Shown: piece by piece, positions 23,257 through 35,751 of the stretch
Numbering within the stretch: position 1 is the first letter of the stretch
Layout of the letters: every line of letters begins with the position of its first letter
From: Vitrella brassicaformis CCMP3155
Taxonomy: Eukaryota > Protista > Chromerida
DNA: 64,000 bases
Assembly: GCA_001179505.1 (NCBI GenBank)
Contig: CDMY01000456.1
Location: 186,001 to 250,000, forward strand
Direction: 5' to 3'
Notes under the pieces: generated by a model
What the model saw: only the letters and a program-made list of their open reading frames with translations
What the model was told of the DNA's origin: nothing
Database searches by the model: none
Translations under genes and position numbers: made by a program

Positions 23257-26200
23257 TGGATGGCAACCGTGCCCACTTGGTGCACTCTTGTGTGGACGTG
23301 GTGTGTGTGGAAGCAGCCTCCTTGCAGGCGAAAGGGGCTGGGGGGCTGGGGTGGTGTTTCTGTCTGCGGTTGGTTGCTCTTCTCACGTCAGTCAACCTTC
23401 ACGACTGACTGACCAATTTATTTGACGGCAGACAGCCACACATGCATGCATGGTGTCATGACAGACAGACAGCGTCAGCGTCTAAATGTGTCTGTCTGTC
23501 TCTTCTCGTCCACACCACACCACACCACACGGGACAGACAGAAGGGAAGGAATGCATTCGTGCAGTGCTGACTACATCAATCCATCATGACACCCCCGAC
23601 CGCATGTATGGTGTCTATCACGACTACATCATCTTTCTCTCTGCGTATGCAGGATTGGATTGCAGCACCGATGTCGTCAAGAAGCTAGGGCCTTTACAGA
23701 TGGGTGGATGGGCGGATGGGGCAGGAGGGACGCTCGGACAGGCAGGCAGGCAGGCAGGCAGACAGGGCGAGAGGTCTGCCTGGCAGGCAGCCCAGGACAG
23801 CGCTCCACGTACCCACTATTACACATGGTGATACACATGGATGGTGGCCGTATGCAGAATGAAGCTGTGAATGTGTGTGTGTCATAGTGTGTGTGGATGC
23901 GGTGCCAGCCAGCCACAGCCAGCCACAGCCAGCTTCAAACAGAGAGGTGAGGTAACGGACAGAGAGGCAAGGCGCCCACATTAGTGACAGTGGTGGGTGA
24001 TAAAAACCAGATACTTCTTGCCGCTCCTTGCAAGGGCAACACTACACACACACACACATCCATCCATCCATCCATTCATCCAGCTGCTCATGCGGACGTA
24101 CACATACGAGAGGAAGAACCATATCATCAATGTACAAGTAGGGTGGCTGCCCAAAAATTCATAACAAGGGGCTCTAGATGGGATGGATGGATGGAGGCAC
24201 CAATGAGCATACACACACACACAGACGTGCACACACAGACAGATAGAGTGGCGGCCAGGGTAGCTTCGCCACAGCCGGCCGCAAACAAATGAGAGGAGAG
24301 GAGCGGCGAGGTACACACGACACGGCCGGAGAGAGGCCGGCAGGGAAATGAAGACCCACTCCACTCACACACGTACGCAGGCTGGCTGGATAGACAGATA
24401 CCGCAGCTGGCAAAACCTGACTCACTCACTCGTGTGTGCGGTGCGCGCCACCGTGACGAGACGGGCCCACGGACAATTTAACAGATGAAAAGTACCACAC
24501 CACCCAAAACAGAGGGAGGAAAAAGGTGGACAGATAGGTAGACACACAGGAAGTGTGCGAAGATAAAGTGGTTGGTGCGCGAGCTGAGCTCACTGGCTGG
24601 CTGGCTGGCTGGCTGGCTGCGCTATGCTATCTGTGCCATGTTTCTCTCTCTATCGCATCGCCCCCCATTCATCGCATAACGATTCTTTTCATTGAAAAAA
24701 GTGAGTGACCGTGGCGCGTCGCAGTGTGCAGTGGGTGCCGGTCGGTTGGCGGATGGATGGATGGATGGAGGGTGGGTGGGTGGGTGGGTGCCTGTGGTGT
24801 GTATGTGGTGCGGTGGCTATGTGCGCTTCATCCAAAAATAGTGAGTGGCGATGAGCATCAAGCAAGAGAACATCCAGACAGACACCAACGACCCGACAGA
24901 CACGGCACGAGCCAGCCAGCCAGCCCAGCTGAGAGTGTATAGAACGCGCAGTCAGTGGCCCTCTCCATCCACATCTATCTATCTTCATCTGTCTGTCTAT
25001 CTTTCTGGCGGCAATGGCACGGTTCCTTCCTAAATACTTAACTAACACCAACACGCGCACAGGCAGGCAATGCAATGCAATGCAATCCAGCACACAGCCA
25101 TTGAGTGAGATGGGGGCGGGGCGGGGCGGACCAACAAACGCCAAGACACCGCACACAAAACGATTAGATACAGACAGAGAGAGAGAGGTAGATAGCGAGA
25201 GAGAGAAGGTGTGACGTGACAGACACCGAGTGAGCGTTGACCCATTTGTTCACGTGCAGTGAGGCGGGCAAAAGCAAACCAGGTGTGTGGCGATTGATTG
25301 AAAGGGGTGTTCGTTCGTTCGTGCGTGCGTGCGTGTTTGTCCACATCCATCCATCCATCCACCCACCTCTCCTGTATCAGGTGACCCGGGAGGCACGTGA
25401 TCGAGGAGAGGAGAGAGCACACAGGCACACAGGCAGGCAGGCAGGCAGGCAGACAGGCAGCGGACAGACAAGTGATAAGTGAGATAGATGTGCAACCGAT
25501 GAATGAATGCAGCATCAAGTCAAAACCGCCATAGCCAGCCACGGGTATGTATGCATCAAACGGGCGGGTGTGAGTGGCGTGTGGGTGCCTTTAAATAGGC
25601 GGAGAGACAGACAAGACACCACAGGGGAGGGGGGCAGGGCAGAGGCGCTGTGTCTGTGCTGCAGTGCGAGAAGGGGCCATGAGGGAGGGAGGGAGGGAGC
25701 AATAGTGCTATATCTGCTATGCATCATGTGCTATAAGTGGTGCAGACGCGGAATGCATGTCATGATATAAGCAAGCTACACATCACATGGCTGACTGCGC
25801 TCCACTCTCTCTACCGCCCGCCCGCCCGCCCGCCCCCAGGCCACCCACTCATCAACACACACAGAGGAAATCAACTTCTGCGTATATATGGACTGGATTG
25901 CATCGCCTTGCCTCCCTCCCTCCCTCCTGTCTGTCTGCAAGGCTATGCACTACGTGTCAGTCAGTCAGTCAGTACGAACCTCTTACTTACCTTACTGACA
26001 TGGACACTCACATGCACTCCACTCCCACACGAGGCACGTAGGCAGGCAGGCAGGCAGTCATAGCGCTCTCCAACACTCCCACTCACATGCTCGTGTCCGT
26101 CTGTCTGTCTGTCTGTCGCCGTATCATCAACGGTTACATGAGCACATGGATGGCATCCACGTATTGTATGTGCATGTGCTTGTATGTGACACTGACTGCC

Positions 26201-26662
26201 ATCCGACACGTCTGCGCCGCCACACGTGCACACAGGCGGGGCGGGGCGGGGCGGGCAGAGAGGGGGCAACGGTACAGCAAGCCTGTTGGCCAGCTGGCTA
26301 CTTACTTCGTTGCCTGGCTCACACACACACACACACACACAGAGGGACGCTCACATCATCACACACAGCGCAGCCCACAGCATGCAAATCAACCCACCCT
26401 ATACACCCACCCACCATTCCTTCACTCACCTGGCTATCCCTCACCTCTCCCCTCCCCTCCCCCTCACCAGGCTAGCCCTCTCCTCTCTGCCTCTCTCTCC
26501 TGTCCCTGCCTTTCTTTGTACAGACAGACAAAACCGCCGCACCGCACCCACCGTCCCGCCCACCCCGCCCCCCCAATGGCATGGCACCAAACCAAACGCA
26601 ACCCAACCCACACAACACAAACACAAACACAACCCCGCCCTGCAGTCGTCAGCGCATGTGTG
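23257..26662. repeat. Microsatellite-dense intergenic region ((GGCA)n, (GGAT)n, (CA)n, (CTGG)n, (GGGGC)n)
   Basis: No exon-like, codon-biased segment found on either strand; ORFs here are low-complexity translations of SSRs. Confidence 0.55.
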
Positions 26663-27956
26663 CTATCTGCCCCCCTCCTCCCTCTCCCTGTCCCTCTCCC
26701 CTGCCTCGGCGGCCATCCCAAATCGCGTCTTGCCGCCATCCGGCTGCTCGTTGGCCGGCTCGTCGAGTCGGATGCCGCGCGCGAGTGCGACTGCCTGCAG
26801 GGGCGGCAGGTTGAGTACCTCCAGGACCAGCACGGCTGGTTTGCCGTCGCAGGTCATCTCGACGGTGCGGCCGTATGTGTGGAGGTCGGTGCCGTTGGTG
26901 TGGCTGCTGAAGTGGCGGTTGTGGAACAGCGTCCACAGGTGGCTGTCACGGTCAGCTGTGACGTCACACAACACAGAGACCAACCACACAGACACAACAC
27001 CGACCACCGAATACACACAATCCGTCCACAATGGGATGGGCAGGTGTTGTGTTGCTTGTGTGTGTCGCTTCTCTCTCTGGTTGAGTTGCGTACCATTGAC
27101 CTTCCAGAGCTGGTCGACTTTGACCTCTCGCTTGACGCCGTGGTTCTCGAGGATGCGCCCAAAGGGCACCCTCTCGGACTCTATGTCGCGCCGCACCTCC
27201 GGCCGCATGGCGGCCAGGTCGACACAGATGACGCCCAGCGACACGGCACAGCCGCCCAGCACCGCTCCCTCCATATCGACATCGCCCCCCAGCGCCCCGT
27301 CGCCCTCCTGCCCGTTGCCCTGCTCCGCCTCGCCCTCCTCACCAGGCACCCGAAGCAGCACCTGCCGGCTGTAGAAACACTTCTTGCTGTCCTTGAGCTT
27401 CGACACCACGTCGATCTCGAAACGCGTGTGGCAGAACCGCTCCAGCACCAGGGTCAGGTTGTCCGTGTGCGAGACCAGCTCGCGGACCCGCGGCGGCACC
27501 TCGCTCGCCGACACGCACCGGAATGTGCCGAACCGGTAGGGCGACGACTGCGACTGAATGACGTGGTTGAGCACTCCCACCACCTCCGGCACGTGGTGGT
27601 CCTGCAGTCACACACGTACAAGGAAGGTACAAGTTGACTACTTGGTTTGGTATCACAGAGATAGAGAAAAGTGCGCAATGTTTGGTGTGCACACGTACCT
27701 GTAGGAAGACGCCGGCGAGGGCAGGGGGGAAGCCGCCCTGCATCTGGGGGGCCGTGAGGGGGGACCTGCTGGCGTCAGGGTGGGGCGAGGCGGACGTCCG
27801 GGCCGTCGGCGACACAGCGAGCCGCGACAGCCGGGCCTTGTGGGCGGTGGGTGAGAGGACGATGCGCGAGGGGATGCGCGAGCACTTGAAGCCAGCCGGG
27901 GAGACCTCGCCGTGCGCTCGCGCCACAGGAGAGAAGGGCTCGCTTATCACACTCAT
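26663..27956 (-). CDS. Chorismate pyruvate-lyase (UbiC/DUF98)-like protein with N-terminal extension
   Basis: Three in-phase exons. Motifs in UbiC order: LVSHTDNLTLVLE, YSRQVLL, LGVICVDL, DIESERVPFGRIL, YGRTVEMTCDGKPAVLVLEVL. About 85-aa Ser/Arg/Pro/Ala-rich leader. Confidence 0.75.
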
Positions 27957-28714
27957 GGCCGCCGACACCAGCTGCCGTCAGAACGGCAGCAGCAGTACCA
28001 GCAAACGTATCTGAAGGCAAGGGGGAGGGAGGGCCGGGGAGGGGAGGGGGAAAGAAAGCAAAGGAAGAGTCCGAAAGAGTTCTTGTCAGTCAGCCGTACA
28101 CACTTGACAAAAAGACTTGAGCCAAACAGTCAGGCTAAGGGTGAGAGGGCAGGCAAGGCAAGGCAAGGCAAATCAGGGCAGGTGTACTGCGCTCCCTCTC
28201 TGCGAGTCCGTCGGCTGCCCTCCGTCCGTGCGATTCCCTCCCGTACCTCGCCCTCCGCCTTCTCAATAATAATAACGCCACCGAGTCTCGACCTCCCCAA
28301 CGGCAATCACCTCTTGCACACCCAACACCAATGAACAACCTGCACCGTACGGACGGACCATCACAGCACAACACGACACGTGCATCTGTCTGTTGCCTCG
28401 CGGATCCACACGCACATGCCGCTCCGGACTCACCTGTTCATTGAATTAGAGCGCTCAAGCGCTGATCTTGAATGCACTTCACTGCAGTGCCAACTGCTTA
28501 AGCAATGGCATCCACTCTCCTCTAAACACGCAGGTGCCCCCTGTCGAGGCTGCGAGCTGCGAGCTTTCACGCCACCACACTCACGTTCGTGATCTGGATA
28601 TTCTGGGTAGCTGACCCTCAAGAGCCGCAGGAGTCGCCAGAGGGAAAGCCTTGGCAGAGCCCTTGGGCTTTCAAAACGGTCCTTTCTTTTTCACGTTTCC
28701 GCCGCACCTCCAGT

Positions 28715-31700
28715 ATGAATGGCGCCAGCAGCAGTCTCTCAGCGAGCCCGCGGGACCGTGCTGCGTCAGCTCGGCCAGCAGAGCAGCTGATTGCCTTCGA
28801 GGTCTCTTCTCACAGCCCTGGGCAGCCCGTTCCCACCGTCGTTTGGCATGCGGCCCTGCCCAGGCCATCGCAGCGCCCCTGGGCGGCTGGAGTGACATCG
28901 AGGGCGGCGGTCGATGCCCAGCTGGCTGTCGAGGCCGAGCGGGCCATCGAGCGGGCAATGAAGGAGGAGCTGGCCAAGGAGGGACGGCAGCGGGTGCTCA
29001 ACGAGATGTTCGCCAGGGAGGCGCCGGCGCCCTCTGAGTACTCGTTCTCATACTCCAGACAGCCGACGAGAGCAAGGCCGGATTCAGAAAGTTAGTACAA
29101 AGGTGCACAGAAAACAACTCTCTGAAGCATTTTGGCTTATGGCTGTTGGTTGTTGGTCGTCTTTGGTGTGTGGTCTGTGTGTGTGTGTGTATGTGGTTCA
29201 GAGGAGTTGACGCCCACCGAGGCCAACGACCTCGCCAGCAGCTGGCTGAACGGCGTCAAGACACGACAGGGCCTGACGCTCACATGGGAGACCACCAAGG
29301 GCAAGGCGACGCGCTTCAACGTGGTGCAGCTGCCGGATGACAGGACCGTCATGAGCTTCCCCGTGCACCTGCTGACTGAGGACAATATCCAGTGTGCCTT
29401 CACGCGCGCGGTGACGTGGCGGGATAACTGGGTGGACAAGGCCAGCAAACAGGCCATCGCTAATCTCAAAGGTAGGCGGCCACGCACCATGAGAAAGGCG
29501 CAAAGTGATTGATGTTTGAATGAATGAATGTGTGTGTGTGTGTGTGTGTGTGTCTGTGTGTCAGCGTGCCTGCCGCCCCCTTCGCATCCACTCGACCCTG
29601 CAGGAGTCCAGGTGACATGACACCTAACAACAGCCACAGCACATACGATCCTCCACCTCTGTTGGCCGATCCCGTTCCTTCAGCGTTTCTCTAAGGTTCT
29701 GTTGCGCCTCACTCGCGAGTTGAATCGTGACGCCTATTGCGAAGAGGAGCTGTCCGACCAGCATCGCTCATCAAGCCTCGCACACTTCGGTATCGAATGG
29801 CGTAGAAACACCGACAGCAGCACAGACACGGCGGGGAACCAGGTCAGTGAGCCCACAGACACACAGCCACAGCCAACCCACGCTCCCATGCATCCACCCA
29901 TCCATCCATCTTTGCGCATTTGGCAGGGCGGTTTCATGGTGTGGCTTCCCCCCCTCCCCCCCTGGCTCGGCCATGGTGTCCTCTGCCCCCGCCGCCCCAC
30001 CCTGTGGAGCATCCGACTGGCCCTGCAAGAGGCCGTCATGAGCCGCAATAGACTGGCAGACACGCTGGGGTGGGGCGGGCGGCTGAGTGACGACGGCCTG
30101 TTCACACAGGTGGAGAAGGGGAAGGATGGGAGGCCCTCACCTGACCCTGGTGACGGGGAAGACACTGCGGCCAGGGGGCAAACCAAGGCAGCAAACGCCA
30201 GAGAAGAAAGTGAGAGAACGACCGTACACACCATGACACACACAAGGGGGATGGCACGCGTGTATGGGTCTTCTCGTGCCTCCTGTCCTGTCTTGTCTCA
30301 TGTCAGGTGCTCGTTTGGCCGCTCTGCTTTCGAAGCCCACTGCGCCGCTGGCGAGGGACGACGTGCCACTTGTCGCCCAGCTGCTCATTGAGCTTGTCAA
30401 CCACAAGATCAGGACGCTGTGCAACCATCCGGACCTCCCCAGCCCCCCATCAGACGCCTTCCTGAAGTCTCGTGTCAGCCTGCTGGGCATCTCCTGGCAC
30501 ACACGGTGGCACCTGGCCTCGTTCGGCTACTTCTCGGTCGACGTGCCGGACCACTCATCTGCGTCAAGCCCGACCAATGCGTCATTCCACGGCGGGCTGT
30601 TCGTGCCGGCGGACGCCACTGTGGCGTCGTTGCGAAGTGCCCTGTCGGACGCGCTGAGCGGGCGTCACTTTGTGGGCAACCTGTTCGACATTCCCGACCC
30701 CCTCGTCAAGCCCGGTCTCCACGACCTGGCGGCATCAGCTGAAGGCCTCAAGGAGGGGGCCGCGGCAGAAGACGATCTCGTGATGCAGGAGGCCCTCCCC
30801 GCCGCCAACGACGGCCTGGCGCAGCTGGGGGGCTTTGACGACCAACGCGACAACGACGACACATCTGGGCCGCCACCCGAGCAGCTGACGACCGAGGCCC
30901 TCTCGTGTCTGGCCAAGCTGGCGTGCAGCGACGTCCTGGCGCGGCTTGACGCGTCGATCCAGTGGGATGGGGACACATCGTCCTTCCTGCTGCGCTTCCC
31001 CATTGCCCACCTGACCCACGGGGGCGGGCAGCAGGGCTCTTCTTCCCTTCGGACTGCTTATTCCGATTACTATGCGAGCCGCCACTTCGCTGTGAAGCCG
31101 CGGGCGGATCTGCGACACGTGAGGGGTGCGCTGTGCCAGGTGGTGAGCTTCGTGTGGGACTCTTTCGCGACCCTCGAGACGGTGGCCTTCCCCCCAGTGC
31201 TGTTCCACGACCAGTCGGCAGCCGCGGATGAGGAGCCCATGGGCAATGTAGAGGAACAATGTGAGCATCACACGCACCATACTCACACACACGCACACAC
31301 ACACACGGGGACACAAGGAGTGCATTGTCTACTCATGACACATCGTCTGTCGTCTTGATGCATGTGTGCAGTCATTGACGAGGGTGGGGACAATGGTTCT
31401 GTCGAGATGCCCGACTCCTCGCCAGCCGCGGTGCCACCAGTCGCGGCGTCATCTAGTGGAGTGATCGATCTGACCGCCGCCGAGCAGGGAAACGAAGCTC
31501 AGCCACCGGCAAAATTAGCAGACAATGACCCATCGAAGCCGCCACGAAAACGTAAGAAAAGCCGAGAGCGGTCAACGGCACAACCGGAACAATCAACAAT
31601 CACATTGTCGTCTTCCATGCCATGCTGCAGGTGAACGTTGCACAACCGTGGCGAACCGGCTGCTGGCGAACTTTCCCTATCTGCACGTGCTGACCCAGAT

Positions 31701-33376
31701 GCACATCCATCTTGTGTGGCGGGGAGCAGAGCGCGGCTTTGCCCTGCTCCCGCAGGAGGCCTGCATCCTGCCATTTGACGTCAAGGAGAACCTCGAGCGA
31801 TCCTTCGTGCCTCACGGGCTTGACGAGGCGGGGCTGCAGCGGACCCTCGCTGACGTGCTTGAGCACATCAAGCAGGTCCTCAGTGAGGGCAGCAGCCTCC
31901 CTCCGGCGCCATCCACTGACGAGAACTCCCTCCTCTCTGTGTACTCGCTCACGTCGGCAGCCACGGCTCTGCTCAAGCGCGTGAAGGAGGAGAACACTGT
32001 GCAGGTGAGGGCAGCCAAGAAGATGGGCGTGCCGGTGGACCTGGGCATCGGGTGGGCGGATGGCGAGGGGGGCCGGCCCGGGTTTGAGGTCCATGTGCGT
32101 GAGGTGACGCCTGGCGCGGCGTCGGACGCCATGCACGACGGGGGCTTCTATCGGCCTGTGCGCATGACGGTGGCTGCACTCAAGGCGGCCCTGCGGAGCG
32201 CTGTGGCTGCCCGCAACGAGCTAGTCAAGCTGTTCAACATGCCCACGGAGATCCACACAGCCAGCATTGAGGGTTTCAACCCTCTAGACCCTTCACCCGC
32301 GGCAGCTGACAAGGAAGACTGGTCCTCAGCGGCGTCGGCAGCCGACGGTGTGCCCCCCGCCCGGCAGAGCCGAGCCCCAAACCGTCAGAATCGAGGCGTG
32401 AAGGCTTCCACCGGCACCAAGCGCAAGGCCAGTCCGTCCAAGAGCAGCGCACCCAAGGCGCATCGCAGGGGCAAGAAAGGCCGATTCGTATCCACTGCTG
32501 CCTCTGGAGGTTCTCAGCGAGCAAGCAACGGCGAGAGTGACGCGAAGGCGGCCCTCTCGCGCTTCCAGGCATGTCCCATCACTGTGAGCGACTCAACCAA
32601 CCTGGCGGCCATGGCGGCTGAGGTGCTTGAGGCGTGCAAACAGCACGGCTGCTACCCAGCTGAGGGGCCAGAGATCTTCTGGGAGGAGTGCAAGGTGGGA
32701 TACGCCATCCGGTTTCCGTCCAATGACGGCACTGGTACCTTCCGGCGGCGGTACTTCAAGCCCCCGCAGCCGGTGAATGTGTGCGCCCTCAAGATGGCCA
32801 TCATGGCGGCCCTCACCTTCCATCGCAAGCTGGTGTCTGAGGAGGGGCGGGCGTGTTGCAGCGGAGAGGGGCAGGGTGGTGGACATGGGGCGGGCGAGTG
32901 TGCGTCTCGGGCGATGCACGTCGACGTGTCCAAGGGCGTGCAGGAAGACGGTAACTGAGCACGTGACCCAAAAGAGACGATGGATGGGGCACACGGTGAG
33001 CCGGCTTTCTGCTTTCGTATGCTGTTCAGGTGATGTGTTCGCCTTGCTGCCCCGCGACGAGATCAACCGGCTGGCGCTCAACTTTCAGCACAGGATCCAG
33101 CAAGAGGACTCCAACATGCGGCGGTCCACCAGCAGCAGCACTTTGGCCAGCGGGGCCACCATCCGCGTGACGTGGAACGGTGCCGACGAGACATTCGACG
33201 TGCACCTGATAGCGCCCCACGCGCCAGAGCAGCTGCTGGAGAAGCTCAAGCTGTCCCGCAAGAACGTCTCTCAGATGAGGGCGCTGGTCGGGCGGGCCGT
33301 CGAGGCGCGCAACGCTCACGCAGACAAGTATCACTGCCAGCCGAGCAAGATTAGCATCGAGGCCGTGCTGAGTTGA
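28715..33376 (+). CDS. Large protein with about 8 tandem divergent AP2-like (ApiAP2-type) domains
   Basis: Nine exons join in phase. Repeating pattern (G)h-x-W ... F/Y-x-h ... F-x-P ... L-x-x-A-h-x-x-A-h-x-x-R, e.g. LGIGWADG..GFEV..FYRPVRMTVAALKAALRSAVAARN and IFWEECKVGYAIRF..RRRYFKP..ALKMAIMAALTFHR. Confidence 0.75.
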
Positions 33377-33830
33377 TGGGGCGGAGGGGTAATTGATAAG
33401 CTCGTCTGGCTGCCATTTGCCGTCCGTCCGCCCGTCCATGTTTGTTTTTCTGTCGTGCATAGGTGGCTGTGTCTTCATGTGTGCGCTGTGTCCAGACTGT
33501 GATGCTTTAGTACATGTGATCCTTCCAGGCTTATGCCATTTCATTCATCTGCATGCCGCGGGTGGGTATATATGCGTGCTGCGTCGGACGTCAGGTGGCT
33601 TTGCTTGCTTGGAGTGGCCGGGTGGCCGAGGGGTCGGGGTGACGGCAGCTGGTACGGTGCGCGCGGGAGGACTGGCTGTGATGCTCACACACGTACACGT
33701 ACGTATGATGATACCTACGTACTTGTGTCGATCCACACAAGGAAGCAAAGTCAACCGAAACCACGCATTTTGCTTGCCGGCGAGCGGCAGACTGATCGTT
33801 TTGTGAGCATTCGACACACTGATCGATATC

Positions 33831-34848
33831 ATGTCAGTCACTGCCAGTGCCGTCCCGTGGGAGGAAGACCCGCTACTCACACAGGTGTGTACTCACGCAC
33901 TCACTCACTGCACACACAGAGGGAGGCAGACAAGCAAACACAAACATCATCCTTCAGGCTCGGCATCAAGTCAAGGAGGAGAACCTCGCGAGGCTGGTGC
34001 GGCGCAAGTCGTCCAGGAAGAAGCAGACCACTGCACAGGCCGCCAAGTGGAAGATGACACACGTCCGCATCAGCAAGGCACTCAAAGTCAAGAGTCAGCA
34101 AAGACAGAGAGAGACACAAACGGCAAACTGACTGACACTCTCTCATTTTGTGTCCCACTCTTGTCAGTGTGGGTGCCGGACGATGGCGGTTGGACGGCTC
34201 TGCGTGGGTTGCATCAGGCGCAGACGATGCAGGAGCGAGACACGATGATCGACAGGCAGGAGAACGAATCAGCCAACGACAAGGCCGACAAGGACAACAA
34301 GGACAACAACACCAAGACAACAGTCAGCGCCAAGACAAACCACTTTCCCTTTACTTACATGACACACATAAGTACATTCATGGGTTGTGTGTGGCTGCAG
34401 CTTGCTGCTCGTCGCCCGACTCGTGCTTGTCGCATTGGCCAAACCACCAACTACGCCGAGCTGGGAGAGGTCAGTGCGGCAGAGAAGCACTGAGTACCTT
34501 CCTGTGTGTGTGAATACGTGTGTGTGTGTCTCAGGTTGACGAGAGTGGGCATGCGTCACTCGAGGCACACATCTCTGAGGAGGAAGAGGAGACCAAACCC
34601 AAACCAAAGAAACGAGCCAAGGTCCACACGCATCAATGCCACTCGTGAATGTCCGTCTGTATTTGATGGTGTTTTATGTGTGTCAGGCCGCCAAGCGAGA
34701 GGCGAGCCCACAAAAGCCCCGCCGGAACCGCCGACACAACAACGACGGTAGTGTGTCCGTGTGGATAAAGACGCACATGCGCGACGTGTGGTGTGTGTCT
34801 GTGTGTGACCCTCTTCTAGGTGATGGTGATCTCGTGTTCCTGCCGTGA
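33831..34848 (+). CDS. Hypothetical basic/low-complexity multi-exon protein
   Basis: Short exons with canonical splice sites (MSVTASAVPWEEDPLLTQ|ARHQVKEENLARLVRRKSSRKK...|...EEEEETKPKPKKRAK|AAKREASPQKPRR); no recognisable domain; the 3' end is uncertain. Confidence 0.4.
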
Positions 34849-35361
34849 TCACTCGAGGGCACCGAGACAAGACAGACAGACAGACAGAGAGTGAGTGTGT
34901 GCATACCACAGACAGATAGATAAATGGACAGACGACGGATGGATGGATGGATGGATGGGCGTGAGTGAGTGAGTGCGTGCGTGAGTGATTGTTGTCGACT
35001 GACGTCAAGCACCTTCACATCAGTCATGTCCGCGCACATACATTCACACATAACCAGACATCCATGATGAAAAATGAGACTCAGAAATATATAATGTACG
35101 CAGCGATATGCCGCCTGCTGTCTCTGTCAATCGACGGCGGTGTCCCCTCCACCACCCAACACAAACACCGGATCCCCACTGCGTTCGCTTTCCCTCCTCC
35201 TCCTCCTCTTACTCTTGGGCTCCTGGAGTGCGTGACGTGCAAACGCCGACCCTGAACAGCAAAGTCATAGATATCAATGGAGGCATAATTCTATGTCCAG
35301 CTAGCTACACTGATAGAGACACACCGTCGATGCTGTCTCTGCGTGTGGTGTGTCAAACCAA

Positions 35362-35412
35362 CGACCTTCGCACCACCAGCAACCAACGCGTTCAGAATCT
35401 GCACACACCACA
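35362..35412 (-). repeat. 51-nt direct repeat (acceptor + ILNALVAGGAKV), second copy at 38394-38444
   Basis: cgaccttcgcaccaccagcaaccaa(c/t)gcgttcagaatctgcacacaccaca; one mismatch by eye. Confidence 0.9.
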
Positions 35413-35691
35413 TCACACCATCCATCACACCCATCCATTCATTCCATCATCCCCTCCTCCTCCTCTTACTCTTAAGCTCCTGGAGCAGGATGGAGGAGGG
35501 AAGAGCAGCTTGCTGCTGAGCAGGAGCAGGCATCTGCTGCTGCTGCATCGGACCTGATATGTACAAGAATCAAAGACGAGGGAGGAGTCGCACAAGGGAC
35601 ACAAAATAAATAATGACGACAGACAGACAGACAGACAGATAGACAGACAGACAGATAGATAGACAGACAGACATTTGAGGTCGGTATGACC

Positions 35692-35751
35692 TGTAGGCAG
35701 CCATCTGCACCATCTCCCCCCAGCAGCAACGCCATGACCTGAGACGGACGG
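35692..35751 (-). repeat. 60-nt direct repeat (PSQVMxLLLGGDxADGCL), second copy at 37024-37083
   Basis: tgtaggcagccatctgca...cagcagcaac..catgacctgagacggacgg; about four mismatches by eye. Confidence 0.9.

Noticed and set aside
23257-26662. CRISPR array or telomeric repeats
   Set aside because: Only 2-5 nt SSRs without a repeat-spacer structure, in a eukaryotic context; no telomere hexa/heptamer arrays.
26087-27637. 516-aa plus-strand ORF (and the 382-aa ORF at 26226)
   Set aside because: Antisense shadow of the chorismate-lyase-like gene plus SSR-derived low complexity; no independent domain or splice support.
26663-27956. Bacterial contamination explaining the UbiC-like gene
   Set aside because: It has two canonical spliceosomal introns with host-type SSRs and host-like composition.
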